A stretch of DNA of 64,000 nt from Bispira polyomma (lineage: Eukaryota): positions 7,750,001 to 7,814,000 of the forward strand of contig OZ287756.1 of NCBI GenBank assembly GCA_965649765.1. Direction: 5' to 3'. A program made the position numbers and the translations under genes. The first letter of the stretch is position 1. Every line of letters begins with the position of its first letter. The notes below the pieces were generated by a model that worked only from the letters and a program-made list of their open reading frames with translations, was not told the origin of the DNA and did no database searches. Below are positions 23,551 to 36,906 of this stretch, one piece after another.

Positions 23551-25964
23551 TTGTTACTTAGTATTTAAAGGTTTTAAATACACACTAGTATGTATATGAT
23601 CAAGAATGGATTAAAAAGGGGGTGCAGTAATATAGTTATTGAAGAAAGAACAACTGCTGAAATTCTAAGAGATAAATATTCAGGTAATACACTAAAACTT
23701 TGGTGGATTTAATCAGTTGTTGGCAGTTCACAAACTTGTAAGGTTTTAAATACACAACTGTGTGTATATGATGAATAAGAGCTTGAAGAAGGGTTAAAAA
23801 TGTGTGCTTCTGTTTTATGATTCAAAAAGACTGTTACATGTTGTGGTACTGCAAAGAAACTGAATACACAACAGCTTCAGCGATTGATGTCAACAAAGAG
23901 ACTTCTGATAAACAGCCAATGCAAACATTCAAAAAGTGCATTTTTTCAGCAACAGGAAAATAGGACACAGAATTTTCTTACATTTAACATGAATGGGATT
24001 TATAGATTACTCATATATTTGAAAAGTATTTTTCATCAAGAGATTTCAAGGCTTATTTGTACATGGCTTTAACCTTCAACTTTGCAACTAAATGCAAATA
24101 ATTTACACCTCATCATGAAATGCATGCTTCAACTAATGCACGTAAAGAACGCATATAGACAACAATATAGAACAAAATGGTTTCGTTTTTCTAGGAAAGG
24201 TGTTGCATCTGTGAGAAGGAATTCATGCACAAGCCTTCACTGGTCACTTAGAGGATGCTCATTTACAGTGTGTGTAGCTTGTAGCATTAGCAATGTCAAC
24301 AAATATTTACTGCAGAATGTTGGCACTGGTTAGTGGCGAATCTGCACTAGATTGACTATATGCTTCAACAAAACAGCCAGAGGCTGATGAATATGTTCTA
24401 TGTCTTAATTCCTATCATTGGACCTTTGCATTGATGTTGATTAATATTGTTATAATTGCCTTAATTTTGGGCAACACAAAAATTAGTGTGGTGTTTTTTG
24501 CTGCAAATGATTATAATTGTAGCTTTTGATTTATTTCCAATTAGTTTTCTGGCAAAGGATTTCAATTAAGTAATGTCTAATGCTGTAACACCTAAGGTAT
24601 ATGTACTTCTGTAACCTGTGTACACCACAATCCAGTCATTGTTGCTTAGGATCCAGGTGATGAATAAACCCCATCTTTCGCTTACTAACACTATTTATAT
24701 TATACTTGTCTATATTTTGCATGCCTTCAATATTTTGTAGCTCTTGCATGATCTATATTTATGTATACCTTTATATATATGTATATTTAAAATTCGATAT
24801 CGTACTTTTATGTATGCATCATTTTTTTTAGTATAGTTTCTTCCCTTCCAAAACACCCCAAACACAAGGACTAACTCTTTACCTGGTTGTTACTTTCTTC
24901 CTTCTTTAACTTTGAATAACACCCATTTATTTCTGTATATATTTTAGACCATGGATAATCAGGTCCTACGAAACCTTCTGGCTCAAACTTCTACCAACCC
25001 CCCAGCCAACCAATCAGCAACGCCGCAAAATTACTTCAGTACACGATGACCCCACAGATTCCATGACATGCCTTTCCCTAACAGTCATCACACAGATTCA
25101 ACAAGTACAGCTGGCATTTCAGTATCTGACTTTCACCTGAATAATATGCCAAACTGTATATAGTGTTTAATAACATTGTTCCTTGTTCCTGGTAGTGAAA
25201 ACATTTATATATTCTTTATTTGAAATCTTATACCTTGTGTATGAATAAATAAATAAAAAAAAAGATAGTTCTCTGCAGGATGAGATCTACAACTTCTCAA
25301 ACCATGAGATCGACAACATATCAGACCAAGCATCTGACATTAGTAAGAGTCTTCCCGATCTACCTTGTGTTACACATATGGATAGTTCTGCACCACTGAA
25401 CCAAACTCCACCAACTAAGAATACTCGTTTCCTCAAGCATGCACCCTTTAACTCTTCCTAAACTTGTTTGCACATATTTATGCTTTGTAACAAACCAAAA
25501 TTAAATGGGATAGCATCACACGAAAACTGATTTATAATATCATCATATCTCTTCTGGGCTGGACGGGGACAACACTCCAATAGTTGCTGAATGAACAGCA
25601 ATATCCAACCCTATGCAGTTAGATGATGATCCTTTATTTGGACCATCCACATCCTTCAATGAAGCAGGATCAATGCTCATGCCCCTACAGAATGTCCAGG
25701 AGCCCCAACCATGAACCACTGGCCAGTATGTTCCTGGTGTTGGCAGAGGCCTACTTCTTTTGCAAATGCTGCAATCTGGATCAAGTGCTTCAGCGATTGG
25801 CACACCACTTCTGCCAGTGGCGGTTTTAATGCCCATCAATTTGATGATCACGATGACATTGACCTAGATCAGGTAATGCATCAATATTTTCAAGTGCCAG
25901 TGGAATATTTTCCCATATCTTCACCATCTGTCACACCACGTCCAGATTGTCAACTACATATGAC

Positions 25965-26830
25965 AGCACTAATCCATCATATTACCATCATAACTGATCA
26001 TGCAGCTGTAAAATGGATGCTCACCAAGAATGAACCTACAGGACGCATAGCAAGATTCGTTGCTTATATGCAACAATTTACTTTACACAATAAAACACCA
26101 ATCTGGAAAAGGCATTGGAAATGTGGATGGTTTGAGGTGAAGACATTACCACGAGATGGAATAACTAAGCCACTAGTTGAACAACTTGATACAGTTATTC
26201 TTCCAGCAAATAGTAGCGTTGAGATAAATGTTGCGCCACTCACCTTCAGGTGCTATCATATAAAGATACAATAGAAATGTCGAGCCAGACCCATTTCTGA
26301 CCAGGTGAACTAGTATGGATTTTCTTCCCAGAAATAAACGCTGGAGGAAGTCACAAATTCTTCTACAACTGGTCTGGTCCAGATTTAATGATGGAGAAAA
26401 CCAGTCCAACAAATTTTAAATTGGTCTAGGCTCATGATTTTATGCCACTAAAAACCCAGTACCGCCAGCTAGAAACATAGGGTTGCAGCCAGTGCAAAAT
26501 CTTGCTGATGGCATACACCAAGTGGATGTAGAATTACCAGACCCATCGGTTGAAGAACCATAGTCAAGACTCAATCAGACACTGTCAATATTCAATCAAG
26601 TGACCCAAAAGAAAGTGAGTATGAGATCAATAGAATCATTAAAGCAAGATACAACAAACAAGGCAACATGAAGTTGCCATTGACTTCCCTCTCTAAGGAG
26701 GATGGGGGGTTGGTAATAGCTGATGGGACTAGCTAGTCATCACCTGACCACCGCCGACTCCCCCGCCCCAGCAGACACCTAGCCGGATCCCCATAAGGAC
26801 AAGGAGCCTGACTAGAAACCCCACTAAGAG
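25965..26830 (+). mobile_element. Second copy of the abridged Gypsy pol remnant (family B); partial third copy ~49860-50190
   Basis: ITDHAAVKWMLTKNEPTGRIARFVAYMQQF. PPT at 26695-26709. Confidence 0.75.
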
Positions 26831-28064
26831 CCCCAAGAATTGAAATTTTAATTAGAGATACAACAAAAATTCATAATTAGGATATTTCCTTTGTGTATAA
26901 TATATTTTACATATTTAATCGACAGCTTGGAGTTTTAACATCAAGAAATGTATCACAAATTAAATAGGTTATTTAAGTTCAGTTCAATCATTTCTGTAAA
27001 AAAACAGGTTACCCAGCAAAACCAAAAATATGTGATTTTTTGGCGATTACAAGGATCTCTGTAGTAGTCTTAATACAGGTGTACATCTTGTCACATGTTT
27101 ACAAACTACTGGTCCCAGTTCACCCACAGTATACCCTGGCGAAGTGTGAATAGGATGGGCCTTGCAAATCCTGGACTCTGTATTGTTTTGTTCCTAGTTA
27201 GAGAGACATCTACTGTTTGGTTGCTGTTCTTTAAAACAAGAAATACAATTAATTACAAAACAAAAATGTCACTCTACAGACCACTGTAGGCTGCAACTTG
27301 ATCCAAGTTATGAGACAGTTGATGAGTCTGCGCATGACAAGATTAACAGCACTTTGCGGCACAGAAAAGTGGCATTGTTTCCAACTTCCTTCAGAATTTT
27401 TGTGCTGGCATTTAGTCACGAAGGTTTCTCCTTTGTACCAGAAATCTTTTCCCCGGTGCAGCCATATCAAAACATATTTAATATGAGGGGGTTATCTGTC
27501 AGAGTACATCTCGACCTGATGAAGAAATAGGTAGGTTACATCTTTCACATATCTTGTATCTATTTAATTTATTTAATATATATATCCTTTAAAATGTTTG
27601 CCAAATCTGGTTTTGCAAAATGCAGCGCACTGCTATGTGTATATTGTCTGCTACTTTTTTTACTGTTATTTTCCCCATATGTAAAAGTTTAGTATGTTAA
27701 TATATATTTTTCATGTATGATATCAGCGCACTTCAAGGATGAAGAGATTTTTAAACAGTGGGTGTGTACCAAAGGAATGTGTCAATATATAGGAATGTGT
27801 CAATATATAGGACATATCTAATTAAAATGGTAGTTAGTAATTAAAATATATTAAAGTTTTCTTTTGTCTCAACATTAAAGTTTCAAATTGATCAAATAAC
27901 CTGTCTCTTTTAAATATATAAAACAATTGAGCCAGCTTGGCATTACCCATCAGCAAGTGCCTGACGGATAACTAGCCTTATGGACGTGAAAGTGGGGTGT
28001 CAAGCCAACAAAGGAGGTAGCCTGGGACATGGTGACAAAGTTTTCTATAAATTTCAATTTCAAC

Positions 28065-28760
28065 ACGCCTTCTCCCTGTGTTATACTTATGTTCAATAAT
28101 GTGGCTGATATAAATAATATAATAAATATTGTGTTCAGTTGAGTTATTTGTCCTTATTCGTAACTTTAATGTTACCCTCTAAAACATCCGGTAACATAAT
28201 GGTGGAGATTCGGTTGGATTTATTACTGTGTTGGATGAACTTAAATATTATATATAACCGAATGTTTAATAAATGACATCACCAACAAATATATTTGGTA
28301 CAAGATCTGTTGAAAATAAATAACAACTCCAGCAGTACAGCAGAGTGACAGTGAACCAACACACAACATACAACAACGACAGTGAGGACCACATACAATA
28401 TTCTAAGGACATGGCTACCTCCCTCACTATCCAACTGCAGCCATTCAACAGCTCAAAAACTTTGACAGACTCTGTCAACACAAAAATGTTGCAGACGTTG
28501 CCCGGGCCACAATTTTGCCACTATATTTAAGAGGGAAGGCCCAGATCTGTTTTGATGCTTTGCCCCCCAAGAGGCCACAAACAACCTTTCAGGCTGTTCA
28601 GACCACCTTCACCAAATGCTGGGACAATACAGAAGACAACAAGTGGTCCCTTTTACACCAGTACCATTTGGAGGCAGAGAATATTGATGATCCAGTGCGG
28701 GACTTTGTCGATCGGCTCACTCAACTGTCCACCAGTTGGACAGGACAGACATAGGCAATT
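28065..28760 (+). mobile_element. Gypsy 5'LTR end, PBS (tRNA-Ala-like) and gag remnant
   Basis: AATAAA-containing LTR ends ...CCGGTAACA (28196). TGGTGGAGAT follows at 28200. gag ATG at 28411 reads MATSLTIQLQPF...PLYLRGKAQICFDALP...VRDFVDRLTQL. Confidence 0.7.
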
Positions 28761-29384
28761 CTTAAAGTTATTATTTTAATGGTGTAAACTACAAACCTCA
28801 CAATGAGTTTAACCTTACCATAACCTATATCAGATCTTAAGAGCTATAAATAGCATATAGCAAGTTCTATTTGCTGAGTAAGTTCCCTACCAATGATCTT
28901 TATAAGGGGGAAGCATTCACACAAAGCGGGATCCAGGGAAATGCTTCTTCCTATAATTACTCCCTTCTGTCTTTATACAGTAGGTATGAATAAGAGTTCA
29001 CCAGCTACTTCCTCTATTTGTTCTCCTAACCAGCTGGTCACATATTTGGTACTCATTAATATTTATCAGAAGTCCAGGTAAGATATAATTTTTATATAAA
29101 AGTATCTCTTAGTTATTGTTTCAGCAGTTCTATAATAATCAACTGATCTCATATTACGTTTGACCAACAAATGTATACACTATTCCATAGACCTAAGTGA
29201 TTCCAGTTACAGTTATTAGAATAATTTTTCAGTTCTTTGTCTATGAAATAGTAATTACCATTTACCAGGAAGATGGCCAGGAAGATGGACTAGACCATTT
29301 CCCACAATTCCTGGATCCTTACTCAGGGCTGAGTTGGCTTGCATTGGGTAGAAGGATTCTAGTTTTCACACAGGCAACATTAAT

Positions 29385-29505
29385 TCTCCCTGTCTTATAC
29401 TTGTTCAATAATGTGTCTGATATAAATCATACAATAAATATTGTGTTAAATTAATTGTGCTTATTCTTAACCTTAATGTTACCCTCAGAAACACCCCCGT
29501 AACAC
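29385..29505 (+). mobile_element. Third copy of the same LTR 3' end
   Basis: ttctccctgt.ttatact...gttaccctc...ccgtaaca matches 28070-28196. Confidence 0.6.
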
Positions 29506-29680
29506 TTGGAATAACACTTATTTATTTCTGTTTTTATTTTAGACCATGGATAATCAGGTCCTACTTCTACCCCACCGATGCCTATTCACCCACAATCCTC
29601 AGCATGCTCCACCAAATCCCCCAAATAAGGGCAAAGGTCCCGGTCAATAAACGTCGAAGTGCGTTACCAGATAAACCTAC

Positions 29681-30605
29681 TGTGGCGTGTTTGGAGTGGA
29701 GGCTGCATCTCCGCTGCTGTGGACCCTGAACTAAAAAGAAAGTAAAACCTCATTACCCAAAGCGGGCTGCATGGTTGTAGTGGAGGTCAGCGGGCGCTGG
29801 TCTCCAATTAAAGTAATAAAAGAGAGGCTTTTGGCCAGGGTTCCCCCTTGAATTGGTTGGTGTGTTAGGGAATGTGGGTGTGGGTAAGGTGGCCTTGAAA
29901 CCAGCACAATCTGTCCGATAGCCCGGTGGTATGCGGGCCTCACTTTGGATCCTCTGGCGGTCTGTGGAAGAAGGCTGAAAAGAAGTATATCTGCTGAATT
30001 TTGTGTCCCTGCTGAGTTCTGTCCTAGAACTGTGTGTCACTGACTGTTGCTCAAGGTGTCCCCGAGTGTTCTATCCAGAACAATTGTGAAACTGAGAGAT
30101 TGTAAATTTTTTTTGTGTGGTAACCTTGGACAATGGTGTTTTGTGACTACTTGTGAAACTTTCTCTCTGCAAAACCAGGATAACATTTTAAAAGTTGATT
30201 TGTTTGTTTTTTGTTGTGGTTGTGTTTTACGTTGTATTAAAGAGGGTGTGGAGTACACTATTCTTACATTTAGGTATAAAAGAGGGACTTATAAGTACCC
30301 ATCGTATCAAAATTGGAATAGGAAAGTTTTCGTTTTAAGATTGGTACCAGTTTTGGGGGGAGGACTGACAGTGGGAGAATTCAAACGTAAGATAGAATAG
30401 TTAACATTTCTTTTGTATGTTCTTTTTTGTATGTTGCATTTAGTATTGCACCCAGTGTAAGTTGTGAACAAGGTATATAATGGTTTATGGCTATAAACTG
30501 TACTTGCATGTGCTTTGGGAATGTTAAGTGTTTTGTTTATGGTCCTGGGTATTTGTGAAGGTAGTTTGGGTGGCCCTGCTCGGAAACCAGGGACAGGGGT
30601 TACTA
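29681..30605 (+). mobile_element. Possible solo LTR
   Basis: GC-richer unique segment that starts TGTGGCG and ends GGGGTTAC. No CA terminus or TSD was confirmed. Confidence 0.25.
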
Positions 30606-31339
30606 GTTAGGTGCTTCTATTTTGATAAGTGAGGATGCTCTCTGAAATATTTAGCCGAGGACGTCAGATCTTAGAAATGGGTATTGTGATGAATGGCATA
30701 TTTCAGGAGCGGCCGTTTTCGTATTTTTCGGACTTTGGAGTTGGGGGTTTAGATATTTACAATAATTGAATAATACTTTCAGAAATGGTATTTTTAACCA
30801 TATCACTACAGTGTATATAATTATTTGTTCTCTTACAGTGTTGAGATTTTATGTTTTATTGGCTGTTATTTTTTAAATGAGGTAACCAACCCGGTGACAT
30901 TTATAAAATTGTTCACTTCTTTTTTACAGCATAAAGTTAATGTTATTATTTCACAGAAAAGTAAACATACTTGTGACTCATTTACATACATTTTAGTGCC
31001 TCCATGCAGTCTGATAATTCTAATAAGGCAAAATATAAGCTTACTTCTCATTAATTTATCTCATCGCATTAAAGTTTCAAATTTATAAAGAAATCCCATT
31101 GAATCATTGCTGTTGCAGAATCAAAATTGTTTAGATCTTTTCTTAATTATATCAGCACTGTCATTTCTTAGCTTTGGCAAATTGTTTCACAAGGAATAAA
31201 ATATAGTCGTTATATATTAGGGTTGCTTAATGTGTTTTTCATAGCTTGATGTATTATGTCTATTGCCTTTTATTCTTGTATCTTTTTGTCCCATTGCTGG
31301 CACTAAACTAATCCAAGCCACTTTAACAACATCTTACAG

Positions 31340-31470
31340 AAAAATTAAGCCCTTTTTATAGAATTTGGTGTAAGGCATATACCAACCACAGACTATCATC
31401 CCCAAGGGAATGGACAAGCAGAGCGGACAAATCAGACTGTAAAGAATATTCTCAAGTAGTTCTCCAATGA
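31340..31470 (+). mobile_element. Integrase core exon remnant (Ginger-like or Gypsy-type)
   Basis: FIEFGVRHIPTTDYHPQGNGQAERTNQTVKNIL carries the catalytic E motif. It is flanked by a TTACAG acceptor (31339) and a GTAAGT donor (31471), and contains stops. Confidence 0.65.
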
Positions 31471-32864
31471 GTAAGTAAAACATCCCAAACTCTTATACAA
31501 TCACTTATATAACCCAAATAAAGTTTATTATTAGGCATCTTGATTAATGATTAAAATTGATTTCACATGAGAGAATGGCAAATTAAACAATTTTAAAGAT
31601 ATGTCAGTACACAAGTTTTAATTTTTATACTTCAAATTTACAGAATTCAAATTAACCGTATTTTATTAAATAGAGCCAGGAAACTTTTGATTGATACCAA
31701 ATGGCCCAAGTTACATACTCGTCACTTTATCTTATTATCCTGACTATATATATATATATATATTTCAGGGTGTTTTACTGTCCTAAGTAATGATGCCTGG
31801 GCAGCATACATGTCATATTTGTGTCTTTACCACACACCAAACTGCCAGATATTAAGAAAATCGCTGCTTTGTCAACCATTTATTTTTAAATGCTTTGTTG
31901 GTGTTGCAGATGAAACTATGAACTATACGCTATGTAAGCTGTTGAATGTAAACTTAACCGATGAGGTGTTGTGTCAGATTGGCAACAACCTCATTTACAT
32001 AAGCTAAAAATAATTTGTTCGCAAGTAAATGAGTTTCAGTTCATGATTAATTTTTTAGGTAAATGGTAAAAGTGAATACAGAATACTTTACTACTTTTGT
32101 TCTACCTCAATATTTTTGTGAAGTCCTTTTCCTTATATAATATAACATATTTATTTTCTTTATATTTATTCTCTAATTTGAAGTATTATTAATAAGCCGC
32201 TTAAATAAAAAATATCGAGGATAATTTTGATAATTTTGGAGAAATCTCATACAAAAGTTTCTCGTACGACACCAGTATTATAAACAAATAAAATCTTGTT
32301 CTTTTAGGCTTTGCCTCGCCCGTAGAAAACGTAAACAAACCACGGAAATTCTAAATATAGCTCTATAACATAATAAGGCTGGGAGATTGGTGTTGTACAT
32401 CAGCCAATGGGGATCTAACCAGGATAAGCTGTCCCATCCCAGAGAATAGATAAGGATGAGGGGTCACATGGTCTACCCACGTTATCCCAAGCTCAAATTT
32501 GTAGGGCCATGCTTTCTTTGTTCTCAGCCATTGAAAGGCTTATATCAGTTTGTGTCTTTGAAGTTCTGGAGTTTTTAAGAGATACATTAATCTAAGGTTG
32601 GGTGTAAAATGTGTAAGATACTAACCAAAACATTTGGTAAGTGCTTGGGGTATTGCGTTATAATTACAATTTTAAATGGGTTATTAAAGGTCTAATTTTG
32701 ACCTCAATAATTTCAACTCTGGGTAATCTTTAAAACTCCCATAAGGGTTTAATAATGGTCCTTTTTGGCGATATTCTGGGCTATATTAAACCCGTTCCCC
32801 CTCTTTTTTCCTTCACAATAATTATCATTTTCTTTTGTTCACTGTCATGGTACCAGAGGGCAGC

Positions 32865-34035
32865 TGGGTAACTTTGTTGGAAGGGAACTCCCAACTAGAA
32901 TGTTCTATGAGCCTGCAACATTGATCAAAGTCTTTCTCCATTTCACTGTGAACCTACTCGTCTTTGCTGAGCAGATCAGCCATTAACAAAATTAGATATA
33001 CACTACTTCCTAGCCCTGGGTCTGTTTAAATAGCAAACATTCACCGAGGACTGACCATAAATTATACAAATTTTAGTGGAAGGGTTGGCCCTACTGATTT
33101 AACCAACAGACTGACCATGTACTATACAAATTTTAGTAGAACGGTTAGGCCTACTGACTTAACCAACCTTCCTTTTATTGATTTCAACACAAAACGTTCC
33201 ACCATACGGGATACTCCAACAGTGTCACCACAGAAACACCTTGCTGAGCCATATATTAAATGGATTGCTACAAGTAATTGTAGTTTTGCCAACACCCTAC
33301 CATCTAGTCAACAAGATTCAACTGTGACACCTAACTCGAAATCCCAAAAACCTCTGTATTCTAGCCAGTACCTTAACCGTACATGCAATCAATGTACAGC
33401 TTTGAGCATCACTCCAGGATATCGAAAAATATATGAAAACTTTGTCTACTTTGATCCTATCCATTTAAAATATCCAAAACAGTTCAACATTGCGATCTTC
33501 ATGTACTTTCTTCGCCGAAAGTGTAAAGGTCTGATCCATTTTGATGTGTCCTACTGCCTTGGCTGTAAAGGCTCAATTTATGTGTATTCTACGCATTGCA
33601 AAGTGCAATTCGTCACCTCTGCAGGAAGGCTTATTTAATAAGTCAGGAAAATTTGACCTTGTCTTGACCCACTGACACTACCACAATAACGGAATACCTG
33701 AAAAAATGGCTTCCTGGAAAATACTCAGGACATGTTCGTTTTCTGCTGAAACACAAGACACTTTGTCTATATAGTTTGCTTCTTGTATAACTCTATATAG
33801 TCTAATACTATACATTATTTGTATCGTTGCGTGTATTTACCCTTACTGCTGTAACAAAAAAACATGCAAATCATATTAATATTCTTATTTTCCAACAGGT
33901 CATTTGAGCAACATATTTTATTAGTTTTGCACCTGAAATACATTTATATCTCTCAAAAAGAGTCAAGGGGCTTGGTCCAGTAGAAATTAAATAACTATAA
34001 CAAACAGTGTGTTGTACGTAGTAGTTAATTGAATT
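32865..34035 (+). repeat. Block duplicated at ~50190-51277, containing an unassigned 173-aa ORF (33117-33638)
   Basis: Shared sequence. The ORF has two CxxC motifs (CNQC, CLGC); the second copy is disrupted. Confidence 0.85.
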
Positions 34036-34039
34036 AGCT

Positions 34040-35062
34040 ATTTTTACTGTTATTTCTCTCATATGTAAAAGTTTAGTATGTTAATATATATTTTTCATGT
34101 ATGATATTGGCACACTTCAAGGATGAAGAGATTTTTTTAACAGTGGGTGTGTACCACAGGAATCTCTAATTAAAATGGCAGTTAGAAATTAAAATACATT
34201 AAAGTTTTCTTTTGTCTCAACATTAATGTTACTTTCAAATTGATCAAATAACCTGTCTCTTTTTAATATATAAAACAATTGAGCTAGCATGACGTCATCC
34301 GTCAGCAAGTGCAAGACGGATACCTAACCTGATGGATGTAAAGGTGGGGTGTCGAGCCAATAATGGAGGTAGCCTAGGACATGGCGGTGCCCGCTCGAAG
34401 GCACGAGGAGTGAAGTTGACAAAATTTTCGATATTAACACCCCTTCTCCCTGTGTTATACTTATGTTCATTAATGTGGCTGATATAAATAATACAATAAA
34501 TATTGTGTTGATTTGAATTAACTGTGTTTATTCTAACCTTAAAGGTTACCCTCAAAAACATCCCGGTAACACAATAGTGGAGATCCGGTTTGATATATTA
34601 CTGTGTTGGGTAAACTGAAATTATATATAACCGAATATTTAATAAATGACATCACCAACAAATCTATTTGGTAGAAGATCTGGCCTAGCCTATTACCCTC
34701 TTGAAAATCAATAACCAACTACAGCAATACAGCAGAGTGACAGTGAACCAACACACAACATACAACAACCACAGTGACAGTGAGGACCAGATACAAGATT
34801 CTGAGGACATGGCTACCTCCCTCACTATCCAACTGCAGCCATTTAAGGGTCACAACCAGCAGCCCAAACTGTGGCTTAAAAACTTTGAGAGACTCTGTCA
34901 AATGTTGCAGATGCTGCCCGTGCCACAATTTTGCCACTGTATTTAGAAGGGAAGGCCGAGATCTGTTTTGATGCTATGCCCCAAGAGGACACAAACATCT
35001 TTCAGGGTATTCAGAACGCCTTCACCAAAAGCTGGGACAATACAGAAGACAACAAATGGTCC
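34040..35062 (+). mobile_element. Duplicate of ~27660-28650, including Gypsy LTR end, PBS and gag remnant
   Basis: ...CCGGTAACA (34571) is followed by TAGTGGAGATCCGG. gag ATG at 34809 reads MATSLTIQLQPFKGHNQQPKLWLKNFERLCQM...PLYLEGKAEICFDAMP. Confidence 0.75.
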
Positions 35063-35700
35063 TTAGTGCCTTGTCTTATTAGAGTATGTGTTGTTTTGCA
35101 GGTGCTATACCCAATAATAATATTCATGCTACTATATTTATATTTTTGTGAGTGTGATATATATCTTTCGCATACCTTGCATTTATTTCATTTATTTAAT
35201 ATATGCATCCTTTCAAAACTATGTGTATATTGTCTGCTGCTATTTTTACTGTTATTTTCTCAAATATTTTTAGATGTGGCAGCAACCAACTTTCTAACAT
35301 TGGACTTTTGGCATTTTCTTGAATCTTTCAATCCCCATTCCTTTGCAAAGTGATTTCAAAGAAGGTGCAGCTGCCCAAGCATGGCGTACATTAGACATTG
35401 CAACTATCAACCAGTGTTGCAACTATCAACCACTACAACATTTCGTTCTTTTACAGTCTTTATGAAACCTATCAAACAAAAGAAATCCCCACTACCTCAG
35501 CTGAAAATCGCCAAAATTCTCTATTTTGCTGTTATGTATATTTTGTTTACACCAGTTAAATACATTTTAAAAGTATTCATTATTTTAAAGTGTTTGTATT
35601 GCTGTGCTTTCTTGGGACACACCAGCCGCCATCTTCACAGACTATTTTTAACTAACACAATTTAACTATCGATAACACTAAACTTTTTTAAATTAAAAAA

Positions 35701-36360
35701 ATGCATTGGAAAATTTTTATATTGTTTTGTGCTTTCTTGTACATAGTGCTGTCTGTGAAATGTTCAGACAACTGTATATATCACAATGATTACCATTCCA
35801 TTTCATGCACGGTTATCACATTCCAGGAGACCTTTGAATTCAACTCTACTCTCACAAATGTACTGATTTTCAGATCCATTATTTTTGGAAATGGACTGAA
35901 CTTAAGAGATTACACTTATTAAATTCTGATCTGATCGACAATGATTCTTTATATTGACTGAATAAGTAAATACATTTCGAGTGTATGAAAACCTTAAAAA
36001 TCACTTGAGGAATTCCTATCTCGGATATATTTCAGTATTTACTAGTGGGCATATATATGATCTCACTACCGCTAGCTTCACTCCATGAGGTAGTCTTAAA
36101 TATTCTTGCAGATAAATTACTTCCAATATTTTATTGGAACATATTTTGATATAAGGCTAAATATTATATTACATTAATCATTATTCAGTAAAAATATATA
36201 AATATGTGTCTACTTACTAAGACTTTTTAAACCACTCTGAACTTTTAGAACTTCTTCCATGCTATATACTATCAATTGACTAAATTATATCGCATTATTT
36301 TAATTGCTTACATAACCACATAGATTGCAACAACTCTCAATCTACTTTGCACTAATGTAG
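35701..36360 (+). pseudogene. Degraded secreted or cell-surface protein gene, possibly LRR type
   Basis: AAAATG start, signal-peptide-like MHWKIFILFCAFLYIVLSVKC, then CSDNCIY...ISC (LRRNT-like spacing). Downstream sequence is broken by stops and frameshifts. Confidence 0.35.
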
Positions 36361-36663
36361 GGTAGAGATTTTACTTGATTAGGTGTGGATCCAATAAAAA
36401 CTACCGTAATTATTTTCTGGGTTAAATAGTTACGCCAATGAGAGTTTTGGAAAACTGATGGCTTAAAGCTGTATTTTATGGCTGATGGGATTCTAAAGAA
36501 TACCATTTTTGAATTTTAATAAATCAGTTAATTAAATAAAGACGATTATGTGGTTGACCAGACTTTTCTGGATATTTTACTTTGAATTGTGTTTCAAACT
36601 TATTTACTGCTTTATTTACTGAAAACAAAGGATACTATTTATTGATGATGATTCACTTTTATG

Positions 36664-36906
36664 ATGGAACAAAGGATTAGGCTCAGGATTATATCATTTA
36701 TATGTAAACACACCTTATTCTTACGGCTACACCCTGGAGTTTGTCGTGAGTACCTTGATGACCATCATTATGTATACGAGTACCATCATATTTATGGCCA
36801 ACGGTTCCGCTCCAGTATGCAAATAGATGTTTACCTGACATTAGATGCCAACATACTAAATTTTGTGGACAAATTGGCCGCGCTTTTGTATTCATATGCA
36901 CAATGA
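36664..36906 (+). CDS. Unassigned intronless 80-aa ORF; its stop overlaps the next ORF start (ATGA)
   Basis: MEQRIRLRIISFICKHTLFLRLHPGVCREYLDDHH...YSYAQ*. TGA at 36904-36906 overlaps ATG at 36903 of MNNIVDLDNIPSIPDLSVY. A frameshifted paralogue is at 16403. Confidence 0.35.
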   Translation: MEQRIRLRIISFICKHTLFLRLHPGVCREYLDDHHYVYEYHHIYGQRFRSSMQIDVYLTLDANILNFVDKLAALLYSYAQ

